From the IMG/VR virus record IMGVR_UViG_3300029818_000084, positions 1 through 30,362 of that record: a stretch of 30,362 bases of DNA; one strand, 5' to 3'. Positions 15,282-24,913 of this stretch are shown one piece after another (position 1 is the first letter of the stretch; each line of letters starts with the position of its first letter). A model generated the notes under the pieces. It saw only the letters and a program-made list of their open reading frames with translations. It had not been told where the DNA came from and made no database searches. A program made the position numbers and the translations under genes. The DNA comes from a virus. Taxonomy: Duplodnaviria > Caudoviricetes.

Positions 15282-16187
15282 ATGATTGTCAATAAGGAAA
15301 CGATCAAAAACGTCTTCATCAGCCTGAAGACGACATTCAACAACGCCTTCGGGGCTGCACCATCGGTATGGCAGAAGATCGCCATGAAGGTGACATCGAC
15401 CACCAGCCAGAACGATTACGCGTGGCTCTCCAAGTTCCCGCGTATGCGTCAATGGATCGGCGACAAGAACGTGAAGTCGCTTGAAGCTGCCAAGTACACG
15501 ATCCCCAACAAGGACTGGGAAGCCACCATCGAGGTCGACCGCAACGACATTGAAGACGATCAACTGGGCATCTATGCACCGCAAGCGCAAATGGCTGGTG
15601 AATCTGCTGCGCAATTGCCGGATGAGATTGTGATGGACCTGGTCAACGGTGGTTTCACCAATACTGGTTTCGACGGCCAGTACTTCTTTGACACCGATCA
15701 CGTGGTCGACGAGGCCAGTGTTTCCAACAAGTTGACCGTGGCGTTGTCCGTTGCCACGCAGGCAGCGGTGATCGCCAGCTACGGTGCTGCACGTACTGCC
15801 ATGCGCAAGTTCAAGGACGACGAGGGCCGCCCGCTCAACATCACTCCGAACGTGTTACTGGTGCCGCCTGCGCTTGAGCATATCGCCCTGGCAATCGTGA
15901 ACAACGACCGCCTGGACGACGGCAAGGCCAACCCTTACAAGGGCACGGCCGAGGTGGTGGTGGATGCACGCCTGACCAGCGACACCGCATGGTACTTGCT
16001 GGATACCACCAAGCCGGTCAAGCCATTCATCTACCAGGAGCGCAAGGCACCGGTATTCGTCGAGCAGACCAGCGCTGAAAACGACGATGTCTTCAACCGC
16101 AAGAAATTCAAGTTCGGTGCCGAAGCTCGTGCATCCGGCGGTTATGGCTTCTGGCAACTGGCTGTCGGTTCCACCGGCGCGGGTTGA
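15282..16187 (+). CDS. major capsid protein (Mu gpT family)
   Basis: Y.WL..FP.MRQWIG, NKDWEATIEVDRNDIEDDQLG.Y, FDGQYFFDTDH, GYGFWQLA. Confidence 0.97.
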   Translation: MIVNKETIKNVFISLKTTFNNAFGAAPSVWQKIAMKVTSTTSQNDYAWLSKFPRMRQWIGDKNVKSLEAAKYTIPNKDWEATIEVDRNDIEDDQLGIYAPQAQMAGESAAQLPDEIVMDLVNGGFTNTGFDGQYFFDTDHVVDEASVSNKLTVALSVATQAAVIASYGAARTAMRKFKDDEGRPLNITPNVLLVPPALEHIALAIVNNDRLDDGKANPYKGTAEVVVDARLTSDTAWYLLDTTKPVKPFIYQERKAPVFVEQTSAENDDVFNRKKFKFGAEARASGGYGFWQLAVGSTGAG

Positions 16188-16195
16188 TCTGACTG

Positions 16196-16290
16196 ATCGT
16201 TGATCCAACGCCTCTCATAACTGAGAGGCGTTCAGTGAACGATTTCTATAAACGGTCGAGTGCATAAGCCGCATTTGGGCGGCGGATGCA
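16196..16290 (+). other. two stem-loops downstream of the capsid gene
   Basis: AACGCCTCTCA/TGAGAGGCGTT (16207-32) extended by ATCGTT/AACGAT; TGCAT-GCCGC/GCGGC-ATGCA (16261-90). Confidence 0.55.
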
Positions 16291-16310
16291 GAACCAACCA
16301 AGGAGACATC

Positions 16311-16694
16311 ATGGCCAGCAAAACATCAAACAAGACGAACGCAGCAAAACCGCAACAGGTTAAAGACAACACGCCTCCGGCAGCTGATCCTGGAAAAGAT
16401 GCCAACACTGCGGCGGCTGCTCCGGAACAAGTCAATACGCCGCCAGCACCTCCGGCCGCCGACCAGAACCAGGACAACACGCCTCCGGCAGCACCTAATG
16501 CACCATCGGCAAAGAAAGCGCCGGTCAAGGCGCTTTCTGTGAAATCCAAGGTCAATGGCTTCCGCCGCGCCGGGCGCGCATGGAGTACCGAGGCCACTGA
16601 GGTGGTGCTTGCAGACCTGACCGCTGATCAAGTGGCACAGCTGAAGGCTGAGCCGCTGTTGACCGTCACCGAAATCGAGCTGGCCGCCGAGTAA
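16311..16694 (+). CDS. HI1506-like (gp35-position) protein with Pro/Ala-rich disordered N-terminus
   Basis: AAGGAG RBS, ATG 16311; C-terminal GFRRAGRAW......ADLTADQVAQLKAEPLLTV. Confidence 0.8.
   Translation: MASKTSNKTNAAKPQQVKDNTPPAADPGKDANTAAAAPEQVNTPPAPPAADQNQDNTPPAAPNAPSAKKAPVKALSVKSKVNGFRRAGRAWSTEATEVVLADLTADQVAQLKAEPLLTVTEIELAAE
16365..16492 (+). repeat. 20-bp direct repeat GACAACACGCCTCCGGCAGC
   Basis: Exact copies at 16365-16384 and 16473-16492, encoding DNTPPAA. Confidence 0.8.
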
Positions 16695-16697
16695 CCC

Positions 16698-17195
16698 ATG
16701 ACCTACGCCACCGCCACCGACCTGCTGAATCAGTTCTCTGCCGAGGAAATCGCGCAGCGGGCTGATCGCGGCATGCCGCGTCTGGTGACTGCCGACATGT
16801 TGAAGACGGCAGCTGCCGGCGGCGACATGAGCGGCTACACGGCAGACGAACAGGCGGCGGCAGCGGCGGCATTGGCATTGATCACCGAAAAATTGCTCGA
16901 TGCCGAGAGCATGGTCAACGGTTACCTGGCAACGCGTTACCAGGTGCCGCTTGCCACGGTGCCGCGCCTGGTCATGGTGGCCGCCTGCGATCTGGCGCGC
17001 TATGCGTTGTATGACGATCTGGTGACCGAACAGATCGGGCAACGGCACAAGGATACGATCAAGACGCTGGAATCCATCGGGGCCGGGCGCATCAGCCTTG
17101 GCATCGATACAGCCGGCAACAAGCCGACCATCAACGGATCGGCGACGATTGAATCTGCCGGCAAGGTGTTCGGCCGCGATGGGAGTTTTGTATGA
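16698..17195 (+). CDS. head-tail connector (Mu gp36, DUF1320)
   Basis: MTYAT..DL, DA...VNGYL..RY.VPL..VP..L....CDLARY.LY. Confidence 0.92.
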   Translation: MTYATATDLLNQFSAEEIAQRADRGMPRLVTADMLKTAAAGGDMSGYTADEQAAAAAALALITEKLLDAESMVNGYLATRYQVPLATVPRLVMVAACDLARYALYDDLVTEQIGQRHKDTIKTLESIGAGRISLGIDTAGNKPTINGSATIESAGKVFGRDGSFV

Positions 17196-17677
17196 CATCC
17201 GCGCGCATTGAATTCGATGACCGGTTAATCGTATCCAGAATACGGGCGCTGATCGCTTTCGGTAAAAACCCGACCCCGGCCATGCGCGATATCGCCAGTT
17301 ATGGCGAGGCATCCACCCGCGAGCGTTTCAGTACGCAGATCGGGCCGGATGGCCAGCGCTGGAAGCCGAGCCTGCGCGCACAGCTGCGCGGCGGCAAAAC
17401 CCTGACAAAAGACGGCCACTTGGGCGATTCGATCACCCACAACTTTGACAGCAAGTCCGCCGAATGGGGCACGAACCGCATTTACGCACGCATCCACCAG
17501 TTCGGCGGCGTTATTGAACCGAAGGCCAAGCCTTCGCTACGTTTTCAGTTGGCCGGCGGTGCGTTTGTGAGCACCAAAAAGGTCACCATGCCGGCACGGC
17601 CTTTCGTCGGCATCAATGCGGCAGATGAAAACGAGATCCTCAACCTGCTGCAGGCACGCATTGAGGGGGCACGCTGA
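17192..17677 (+). CDS. phage virion morphogenesis protein (Mu gpG-like)
   Basis: RF.....PDG..W.P, L...G.L..SI, GTN..YARIHQFGG, MPARPFVG. Confidence 0.92.
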   Translation: MTSARIEFDDRLIVSRIRALIAFGKNPTPAMRDIASYGEASTRERFSTQIGPDGQRWKPSLRAQLRGGKTLTKDGHLGDSITHNFDSKSAEWGTNRIYARIHQFGGVIEPKAKPSLRFQLAGGAFVSTKKVTMPARPFVGINAADENEILNLLQARIEGAR

Positions 17678-18279
17678 TGCTGGCCGAGATGGAAGCCGGG
17701 CTGGTTGACCTGATCAAGGGCAGCGCGCTGGCCGCACACCTGAAGCAAATCGGCACGCTGCCGGACGACGACGAAGACAGCCTGGTGCGGCGGCTCGCTG
17801 CCGATGCGCCGGCTGTTTATGTGGTGGCCGGTGTGCCGCTGCAGATCCAGGACGGCGACGTGTTGCTGATCAAGTTCGGCTTTGCCTGTGTTGCCCGCAA
17901 TGCGCGCGGCCATCAGGAGTCGCGACGCGGCGACGGCAAGACACTGGGCGTTTACGAGATTCTGGAATCGGTACTGGGCATCATCAGTCAACGCCAGGTT
18001 GCAGGCTATCAGTGGTCTGTCACCGCCCCTGGGGATTTCATGCAGAGCGAGAAGCTGTGGCGTGGCGGCCTGACAGTGGCGCTGATCACCATTGAAACAC
18101 GCGCCACCATGCCAGAGGGCGTTGACATTGATGCGCTGGCAGATTTCAAGACATTCGATGCGCAGTACGACCTGCTGCCGCATGAGACGCCGGAAGCCCG
18201 GCAACCGTGGCTGCAAGAACCGCCGGACCATAGCGAGAGCGCGCCGGAGCTGCACGAGACCGTCACATTACAAACATAG
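17677..18279 (+). CDS. Mu gp37-like tail terminator/completion protein (DUF1834)
   Basis: Synteny; APAVYV, ARNARG....RRGD....GVY. Confidence 0.75.
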   Translation: MLAEMEAGLVDLIKGSALAAHLKQIGTLPDDDEDSLVRRLAADAPAVYVVAGVPLQIQDGDVLLIKFGFACVARNARGHQESRRGDGKTLGVYEILESVLGIISQRQVAGYQWSVTAPGDFMQSEKLWRGGLTVALITIETRATMPEGVDIDALADFKTFDAQYDLLPHETPEARQPWLQEPPDHSESAPELHETVTLQT

Positions 18280-18290
18280 GAGGCAACACC

Positions 18291-18473
18291 ATGCAATTCG
18301 GACAACCCATCATCGTCAAACCCGCTAAGGGCCTGAAAGTCCGCAAGGAAAACGGCACCTTTCTGCCCGATGCAGGCGACACCGTAGTTCACAGCAGCTA
18401 CTGGGCGCGCCGCGAACAAGACGGCGATGTGACCTTGAGCGAGATCAAGGCAGCCAAGGCCAAGCAGGAATAG
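18291..18473 (+). CDS. Mu gp38-like protein (DUF2635)
   Basis: VKPAKGLKVR...G..LP..G..V..SSYWARR..DGDV. Confidence 0.88.
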   Translation: MQFGQPIIVKPAKGLKVRKENGTFLPDAGDTVVHSSYWARREQDGDVTLSEIKAAKAKQE

Positions 18474-18486
18474 GCCAAGCAGGAAT
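18457..18486 (+). repeat. perfect 15-bp tandem duplication AGGCCAAGCAGGAAT x2
   Basis: Copies at 18457-18471 and 18472-18486 spanning the gp38 stop codon. Confidence 0.9.
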
Positions 18487-18525
18487 AACCGTTAAACCAA
18501 GCCAGGCAGTTAACAGGAGAACACC

Positions 18526-20004
18526 ATGCCGGACAACATTACCTTTATGACCATCCCTACCGACTGGCGCGTGCCGGGCGCGTATGTCGAGATCGACCAC
18601 ACCCGAGCCGTGCGCGGCTTGCCGCAAATCCAGCACAAGATGCTGATCCTCGGTCAGCGCTTGAGCACCGGCGCTGTCGAAGCCGGCGTGCTCACCCGCG
18701 TCAGCCGCAAGGAAGACGGCGTGAACTACTTCGGCCGCGGCTCCATGCTGGCGCAGCAGATCGAGGCGGCGCTCAAGGTCAACCCGTACACCGAATGCTG
18801 GGCAATGGCGCTGGACGACCTTGTCGCCGGCAACGCTGCCACCGGCACGATTGTGATCGGCGGCACGCCGACTGAAAACGGCACGTTGTATCTCTACGGC
18901 GGCGGCCGCAGGCTGCCGGTCGGTATCACGGCGAGCCAGACACCGACGCAAATCGGCGATGCGGTCGCAGCAGCGATCAATGCCGATCTGGATGGCGCGA
19001 TCACTGCCGCGAATGTCGCCGGCACGGTCACTGTGACCAGCCGCCACAAGGGGATTGAGGGTAACGATATCGATTTGCGCCTCAATTACTACCAGGGCGA
19101 ATTCACCCCCAAGGGCATGACAGTCGCCATTACCGCCATGTCCGGCGGCACCGGCAACCCGGATGTTGCAACCGCCATCACCGCAATGAGTAGCCTGGCG
19201 GCCTACAGCATCCTGATGGCCTGGACAGATGCCAACAACGTGGCGTTGATGGAAAACGAGCTGCAGGGGCGCTGGGGCGGCATGGATATGCGCGCCGGTC
19301 ATGTGTTCGGCTTCAAGAACGGCAGCTATAGCACGCTGGCCAATTACGGCAGCGCGCGCAACAGTGCCCACAGCACCTTCCCCGGCCTCAATAAGTCGCC
19401 GGCATTGCCCTGGGTGATTGCAGCGCAGTTTGGCGCGGCTGTCGAGTTCAGCGGCGGCAACGACCCGGCGGTGCCTTTCCGGAGTATTCGCCTGCCGGAT
19501 GTGCTGGCCCCGAAAGAAGCGGATCGCTTTACCGATACCGAACGCAACCTGCTGCTGCACGACGGCATCAGCACCATCGTGTTCGACCAATCCGGTGCCG
19601 CCATGATCGAGCAAGTCGTGACGACCTACCAGCAAAACAGCTTCGGCCTGGAAGACGTCAGCCTGCTCAAGCTCAACACCAAGTGGACGGTGGATTATCT
19701 GCGCTTCCTCTTCCGCTACTCCGTGCTGACCGATTTCCCGCGCCACAAACTGGCCGGCGACGACGTGCTGCCGCTGATCCAGCCGGGCCAGCCGATTGCT
19801 ACGCCCAAGCTGATCCGCAACACGCTGATCGCAGCAGCCACCAAGGCCGTGCGCGTGGGCCTGATGGAAGACCTGGAAGGCTTTATCCGCGAGCTGGTGG
19901 TGGTGCGTTCCGAGGCCGACCAATGCCGCGTCAATTCCATCATGACGCCCAATACGGTCAACCAGTTCGACGTGTTCGCCGGTGCCGTGCAGTACGTCCT
20001 GTAA
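18526..20004 (+). CDS. tail sheath protein (Mu gpL)
   Basis: IP.DWRVPG.YVEID, FGRGSMLA, MSGGTGNPD, ERNLLLHDGIST, FPRHKLA.D. Confidence 0.96.
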   Translation: MPDNITFMTIPTDWRVPGAYVEIDHTRAVRGLPQIQHKMLILGQRLSTGAVEAGVLTRVSRKEDGVNYFGRGSMLAQQIEAALKVNPYTECWAMALDDLVAGNAATGTIVIGGTPTENGTLYLYGGGRRLPVGITASQTPTQIGDAVAAAINADLDGAITAANVAGTVTVTSRHKGIEGNDIDLRLNYYQGEFTPKGMTVAITAMSGGTGNPDVATAITAMSSLAAYSILMAWTDANNVALMENELQGRWGGMDMRAGHVFGFKNGSYSTLANYGSARNSAHSTFPGLNKSPALPWVIAAQFGAAVEFSGGNDPAVPFRSIRLPDVLAPKEADRFTDTERNLLLHDGISTIVFDQSGAAMIEQVVTTYQQNSFGLEDVSLLKLNTKWTVDYLRFLFRYSVLTDFPRHKLAGDDVLPLIQPGQPIATPKLIRNTLIAAATKAVRVGLMEDLEGFIRELVVVRSEADQCRVNSIMTPNTVNQFDVFAGAVQYVL

Positions 20005-20029
20005 CCAGATTTTTTGAAAGGAGAAACAC

Positions 20030-20380
20030 ATGGCACAAGTATTCGGCAAGGCCTTGATCACCGTAGGCGGCAAGCGCTACAACACAAAACCCGGCGCGAG
20101 CCTTTCGCCTGGCGGCACAAGTCGTGAGGCGGTGGTAGGTGATGGCGGTGTCGCAGGACCGCAGGACAGCATCGAGGCACCGCAGCTGGAGTGCACCATC
20201 ATCAAAACAGCGGACGTCACATTAAAAGAGATCCAGGGCATCACCGATGCCACCATCATTTTCGATGGCGACGACGGCAGCAGCCATGTGATCTCTGGCG
20301 GCTTTTGCGGACCAGTGCCCAAGCTTTCGCGTGATGGCATCTCCGCGACCTTCTATGGCATTGAGTGCAAGGAGGCATGA
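20030..20380 (+). CDS. tail tube protein (Mu gpM)
   Basis: Follows sheath; GA.LSPGG..REAVVG. Confidence 0.85.
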   Translation: MAQVFGKALITVGGKRYNTKPGASLSPGGTSREAVVGDGGVAGPQDSIEAPQLECTIIKTADVTLKEIQGITDATIIFDGDDGSSHVISGGFCGPVPKLSRDGISATFYGIECKEA

Positions 20381-20712
20381 TGAGCGAAGAGAAAGCTATT
20401 ACAGGCGAAGCCGAATTCGCGCAGCCGGTTGAGATTGCCGGTGTTTCCTACACGCACTTCAAGCTGCGCGAAGCCACGCTCAATGACATGTTCGATGTCG
20501 AACTGGAGATGAGCCAGACCGGACGCGGCACAAGTACGCCACTGGCCTTCAACGGCGAGATGATGATGCGCCAGATGGTGAAGGTATACAACGTGGACGG
20601 CAGTGAATTCACCGGACCTTTCACCATGAACATGCTGAATAAATTCGGCGTGCGCAATTATCGGGTAATTCGCCAAAAGCAGCTGGAGATCGACCTACTG
20701 GGGGAAGGCTAG
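20377..20712 (+). CDS. tail assembly chaperone (Mu gp41-like, short form)
   Basis: Between tube and tape measure; F.LREAT..D motif; ends at slippery G GGG GAA. Confidence 0.85.
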   Translation: MMSEEKAITGEAEFAQPVEIAGVSYTHFKLREATLNDMFDVELEMSQTGRGTSTPLAFNGEMMMRQMVKVYNVDGSEFTGPFTMNMLNKFGVRNYRVIRQKQLEIDLLGEG

Positions 20713-20852
20713 CAGCGAGACAGCAGGATGTATTCGACTGCATCCTGCTGCTCGCGCTTAAAACCGGATGGTCCAGGCAAGAAATACTAAGCCTGCCAAA
20801 AGCAGAGTTTAACCACTACATGAAGAGACTCTTGAAACAATCCAATGAGTAA
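20700..20852 (+). CDS. -1 frameshift extension of the tail assembly chaperone (G-T type)
   Basis: -1 frame reads GGRLAARQQDVFDCILLLALKTGWSRQEILSLPKAEFNHYMKRLLKQSNE*, ending over the TMP start; slippery site plus downstream hairpin. Confidence 0.75.
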   Translation, partial: GGRLAARQQDVFDCILLLALKTGWSRQEILSLPKAEFNHYMKRLLKQSNE

Positions 20853-22668
20853 CCGCGATCTAACACTTTCAGCAAAGTTGTACGCAGATGCCACCCGGTT
20901 TATCGCCGGGTTCACTACTGCTGAGAGTGGCGTTCGTAAATTCACCAGCTCGGCCAAGCGTGAGTTCAACGCGCTGAAAAACATGATCGGCTCTGTTGAG
21001 GGCAAGCTGGCATCGTTGGGTGTCACTGTCGGGGCTACGGCTTCGATCATACAGTCTGCCAATCTTGACCGCGAACTAAAGCTGTTGAAGCTTTCTGCCG
21101 GGGCATCGGCCGACGAAACCGTGCGTCTTCGAAAAGAACTATTCGAAGCTCAGAAGCAATATGGCAGTACGGTCGATGATATGAAAAGTGGGGTGGACGC
21201 GCTGATCGCCGGCGGCTTGAACATGCAACAAGCCACAGCCACAGTCGATCCAATGGCACAGACTCTGCTGGTGGCCAAAACAAATGCTGACGCGTTGGCC
21301 AAGGCAATGGGCGTTGCATCGCGCCAGTTCAATATAGATCTTGGTGACCAAAAACAAGCGGCGGCACTGCTCGACAAAATGGTTGTCTCAGGCCGTGCCG
21401 GCAATGCGGAACTTGAAAATCTGCCGGATGTGTTTGCACGGGTCGGCGCGAATGCCAGAAAAGCCAAGCTCGATGTAGACCAAACTCTAGCTTTAACTGA
21501 AACACTGTCCCTTTTTGAGCCAGATTCCAACAGGTTGGGTACTTTAGTTGATAGCACACTACGGGTATTCACAAATGCCAACTACCTCAAGAACGCCCAG
21601 AAAGGCACAGGCATCAAGTTCTTTGATGCAGAGGGCAATCGACGCGATCCGCTGACAGTATTAGAGGAAATCGAAAAGAAATATAAGTCACTCAAAACTG
21701 AGCGGGATAAATTCAATTTCACCAGCAAGGCTTTCGGTCAAGCAGACGCAGACACGATTAAAGGTCTGGAGAGTCTGCTTGCGGGTGATACCCTGTCCAA
21801 TCTCGGCACCATTCTGACCGACATTCGTAATTCTTCAGGAACGGTCGCGCGGGACGTGGCAGATGCTTTGAGCGATGCCGGGCGGCAGGTCTCCAGGTTG
21901 AAAGGCGCACTTCGTGAAGCTGCAGACGCTTGGTCGAAGCCGATCAACAAGACCATCGCCAACATCATCCAATACACGATGGACTCGAAAGCCAAAGGTG
22001 GTCTGGGCCTCGACGGCAAAGACATGATCCTGGGCGGGGCTGGGGCGGTTATTGGTACCGCCCTGACTGCACGATACGGCGGCAAAGCGATTGGCGCGTT
22101 AGCCGGCAAGTTCGGCAGTGTCGGCACAGGCGTAGCGACAGGCAAAGCACTTGAGCAAGCGGCAGGCGTGATGCCTGTATATGTGGTCAACATGCCGGCT
22201 GCAGGCATAGGCGGCCTTGGTGTTGGCGATGCCGCCGGCATCGGTGCAGGCACGGCTGCAGCAGCTGGCGTTGCCAGTAAATTTAAAGTCGGCGCGGCGC
22301 TCCTGGGCGGCTCCAATATGGCCGCGCTCAAGATGATGGGTGTCGGTGCGATGGGTACGGCCGGGCTTGGTGTGGCAGCTGCCGGTGCCGCTGGATATGG
22401 CGTCGGTTCGCTTATTAACAAGGGCATCGAGGGTACGGCGCTTGCCGATGCAATCGGCCGGACCGTGGCCGCCTTCATTGCTCCGTTCAGTGCCGATGCG
22501 CGCACTGCGCTGATGAATGAATTCAAGGCCAATAAGCAAGAGCTGCAGGGTGAAGTCCGCATCAAGGTGGATAGCGAAGGCCGCGCCACCCTGCTTGGTG
22601 TCACATCGAAACAAAAAGGCATTGATTTTGATGTGCTCACTGGCCAATACATGGGAGCGATGGGCTGA
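20845..22668 (+). CDS. tail tape measure protein
   Basis: 607 aa, Ala/Gly-rich; LDKMVV.GRAGNAELENL; VMPVYVVNMP; precedes gpN. Confidence 0.92.
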   Translation: MSNRDLTLSAKLYADATRFIAGFTTAESGVRKFTSSAKREFNALKNMIGSVEGKLASLGVTVGATASIIQSANLDRELKLLKLSAGASADETVRLRKELFEAQKQYGSTVDDMKSGVDALIAGGLNMQQATATVDPMAQTLLVAKTNADALAKAMGVASRQFNIDLGDQKQAAALLDKMVVSGRAGNAELENLPDVFARVGANARKAKLDVDQTLALTETLSLFEPDSNRLGTLVDSTLRVFTNANYLKNAQKGTGIKFFDAEGNRRDPLTVLEEIEKKYKSLKTERDKFNFTSKAFGQADADTIKGLESLLAGDTLSNLGTILTDIRNSSGTVARDVADALSDAGRQVSRLKGALREAADAWSKPINKTIANIIQYTMDSKAKGGLGLDGKDMILGGAGAVIGTALTARYGGKAIGALAGKFGSVGTGVATGKALEQAAGVMPVYVVNMPAAGIGGLGVGDAAGIGAGTAAAAGVASKFKVGAALLGGSNMAALKMMGVGAMGTAGLGVAAAGAAGYGVGSLINKGIEGTALADAIGRTVAAFIAPFSADARTALMNEFKANKQELQGEVRIKVDSEGRATLLGVTSKQKGIDFDVLTGQYMGAMG

Positions 22669-23849
22669 TGGCTTACCAGGATCAATGGCAAAAGGCATCC
22701 TTCCGGGGCGTTGAATTCCGCTTTATATCCACCGCGGCTTCGCTCGGCCGGCGTACCGTGGTGCATGAATACCCGGATGGCGATGAGGCCTATGTAGAAG
22801 ACCTTGGCCGTAAAACGCGCGAGTACACCTTTGAAGCGTTTGTCATCGGCAGCGATTACATAACCTGGCGCGATGCGCTGGAGGCCGCCTGCGAAGAGAA
22901 AGGCCCCGGCGAGCTTGTTCACCCGACACGCGGCCGCATGCTGGTCTCGGTGCAGGAATGCCGCCCGGTTGAGAACATCAACGAGCTTGGCCGGTCCAGC
23001 TACTCGCTGACATTTGTCCGCGCCGGTGAAAACACGCAGCCGGGCACGCGCATTCACACACCATCGGTCGTTGATAGCGCGGCCGATACGGCCATCGGTG
23101 CGCTGGAGCAGGATTTTGAGTTGGATTTCGACGTGGCCGGTTTTCCTGATTTCGTTGAGCAGGACGCGTTGGAGATCCTCGACAACGCCATGCAATCGAT
23201 ACTCGATACCGCCACCGGCATGCTGCCGGACATTTCGATCTTGCCGCAATTCACCGGCCGCGCCAGCGGCATACTGGGCAAGCTCACCAGCCTGCTGCGG
23301 TTGCCGGGGGATCTCGCATCATCCATCACCGGCCAGATCGGTGCCTTGCTGGGCCTGTCTACCGGCCCCATGCTGGCGTTCAAGGCCTTTGCCAGCTTGT
23401 TTGGGTTTGATAACAAAACGGTAAAGCGCACCACGCCATCCCGCATCCGGCAGGCTGATAACCGTGTCGCCGTTGCCAACCTGGTACGCCGCACGGCAAT
23501 AGTCGAAGCTGCTCGGGCAGCCTCCGACGTCGAATTCGACACCCGTAACGACGCATTGGCAGTGCGCGACCAGTTGGCCGATCTGCTCGAGCAGGAGGTC
23601 GCGACCGCCAGCGATCCGGTCTATGCCGCGCTGACCGATCTGCGCGTCGCGGTGGTGCGCGATATCGGCACCCGCAGTGCGGATCTCTCCAGCCTTGGCA
23701 CATACGTGCCGCAATCCACCGTGCCTGCAGTCGTGCTGGCATACCGGATCTACGACGATCCGGAGCGCAGCGAAGAGATCATCCGCCGCAACCGGATCAA
23801 ACACCCCGGCTTTGTGCCCGGCGGCCAGCCGCTGGAGGTATTGGTATGA
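22668..23849 (+). CDS. DNA circularization protein (Mu gpN)
   Basis: ASFRGV.F, GRRTVVHEYP....YVEDLGR, GPGELVHPT.G; C-terminal R.EEII.RN.IKHPGFVP. Confidence 0.95.
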   Translation: MAYQDQWQKASFRGVEFRFISTAASLGRRTVVHEYPDGDEAYVEDLGRKTREYTFEAFVIGSDYITWRDALEAACEEKGPGELVHPTRGRMLVSVQECRPVENINELGRSSYSLTFVRAGENTQPGTRIHTPSVVDSAADTAIGALEQDFELDFDVAGFPDFVEQDALEILDNAMQSILDTATGMLPDISILPQFTGRASGILGKLTSLLRLPGDLASSITGQIGALLGLSTGPMLAFKAFASLFGFDNKTVKRTTPSRIRQADNRVAVANLVRRTAIVEAARAASDVEFDTRNDALAVRDQLADLLEQEVATASDPVYAALTDLRVAVVRDIGTRSADLSSLGTYVPQSTVPAVVLAYRIYDDPERSEEIIRRNRIKHPGFVPGGQPLEVLV

Positions 23850-24913
23850 GCGAGGATATGAGCGTTGAAATCAAGATCGGCAGCGAGATCTATGGCGGCT
23901 GGAAAACCAGCCGCGTCCAGCGCGGTATCGAGCAGATTGCCGGCGCGTTCGAGCTGACCGTCTCCGAGCGCTGGCCGGGGCAGGATGTGCCGCGCCAGAT
24001 CAAACGCGGCCAGCGCTGTGAAGTGCTGGTAGACAACGAAACGTTGATCACCGGTTTTGTCGATGTTGCCCGGCCGTCGTTTGGACCGACGTCGCACGAT
24101 TTTGACGTCAGCGGCCGCGATGCGACCGGCGATCTGGTGGACTGCTCGGCCATCCATAAAACCGGCCAATGGGCAGCCGCCACCCTGGACAGGATCGTGC
24201 GCGATATCTGCGCGCCATTCGGCATCAAGGTGAAAGCCATCACCGATGTCGGCCGTGCGTTCGACACCTTTGCCCTGCAGGAAGGCGAGACGGCATTCGA
24301 GGCCATCGAGCGGGCATGCCGCATGCGCGCCATCCTGCCTGTTTCAGACGGGCGTGGTGGTTTGTTGCTGACGCGGGCAGCCAAGGGTGCCGCCGTCGAT
24401 ACCCTGGAACAAGGCCGCGCTCCACTGGTTAGCGCCAGCGGCGAATTCAGCCTGAGTGAGCGGCACTCAAAGTACATCGTCAAGGGGCAGGACCGCGGCA
24501 GCGATGACAATTTCGACTCTGCAGAAACGCATTCCCAGGTGATGGCGGAAGCGGTTGATACCGGGGTCGGCCGTTACCGGCCGCTGATCGTGCTGGCCGA
24601 GAATCATGGCCCGAATGCCACCTACAAGCAACGCGCAGATTGGGAGCGCAACGTGCGCCGCGGCCGCAGCAACAAGATCAATGCCACGGTACAAGGCTGG
24701 CGCTTTAAAGGCGGCCTCTGGCAGCCGAATACGATGGTGCGCGTGGAGTCGGATTGGCTGGGCGTGCATGACGATCTGTTGATTACCAGCGTCGAATACA
24801 TCCGGGATGACCAAGGCACCCGCACCGAGCTGCAGCTTGCCAGCCGAGAAGCGTTCGACCTGATTGAAACTGCCCCTAAAAAAGGCAAGAAGAGTGACGA
24901 CTGGGATTTCTAA
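23846..24913 (+). CDS. baseplate hub protein (Mu gpP/gp44)
   Basis: YGGW....V.RGIE.IAGAFEL, GRD.TGDLVDCS, GETAFEAIER, RYRPLI. Confidence 0.94.
   Translation: MSEDMSVEIKIGSEIYGGWKTSRVQRGIEQIAGAFELTVSERWPGQDVPRQIKRGQRCEVLVDNETLITGFVDVARPSFGPTSHDFDVSGRDATGDLVDCSAIHKTGQWAAATLDRIVRDICAPFGIKVKAITDVGRAFDTFALQEGETAFEAIERACRMRAILPVSDGRGGLLLTRAAKGAAVDTLEQGRAPLVSASGEFSLSERHSKYIVKGQDRGSDDNFDSAETHSQVMAEAVDTGVGRYRPLIVLAENHGPNATYKQRADWERNVRRGRSNKINATVQGWRFKGGLWQPNTMVRVESDWLGVHDDLLITSVEYIRDDQGTRTELQLASREAFDLIETAPKKGKKSDDWDF

Noticed and set aside
18445-23249. Long minus-strand ORFs (18445..20073, 21738..23249; similarly 16326..17312 and 9097..9930)
   Set aside because: Antisense shadows of GC-rich structural genes with no recognisable motifs.
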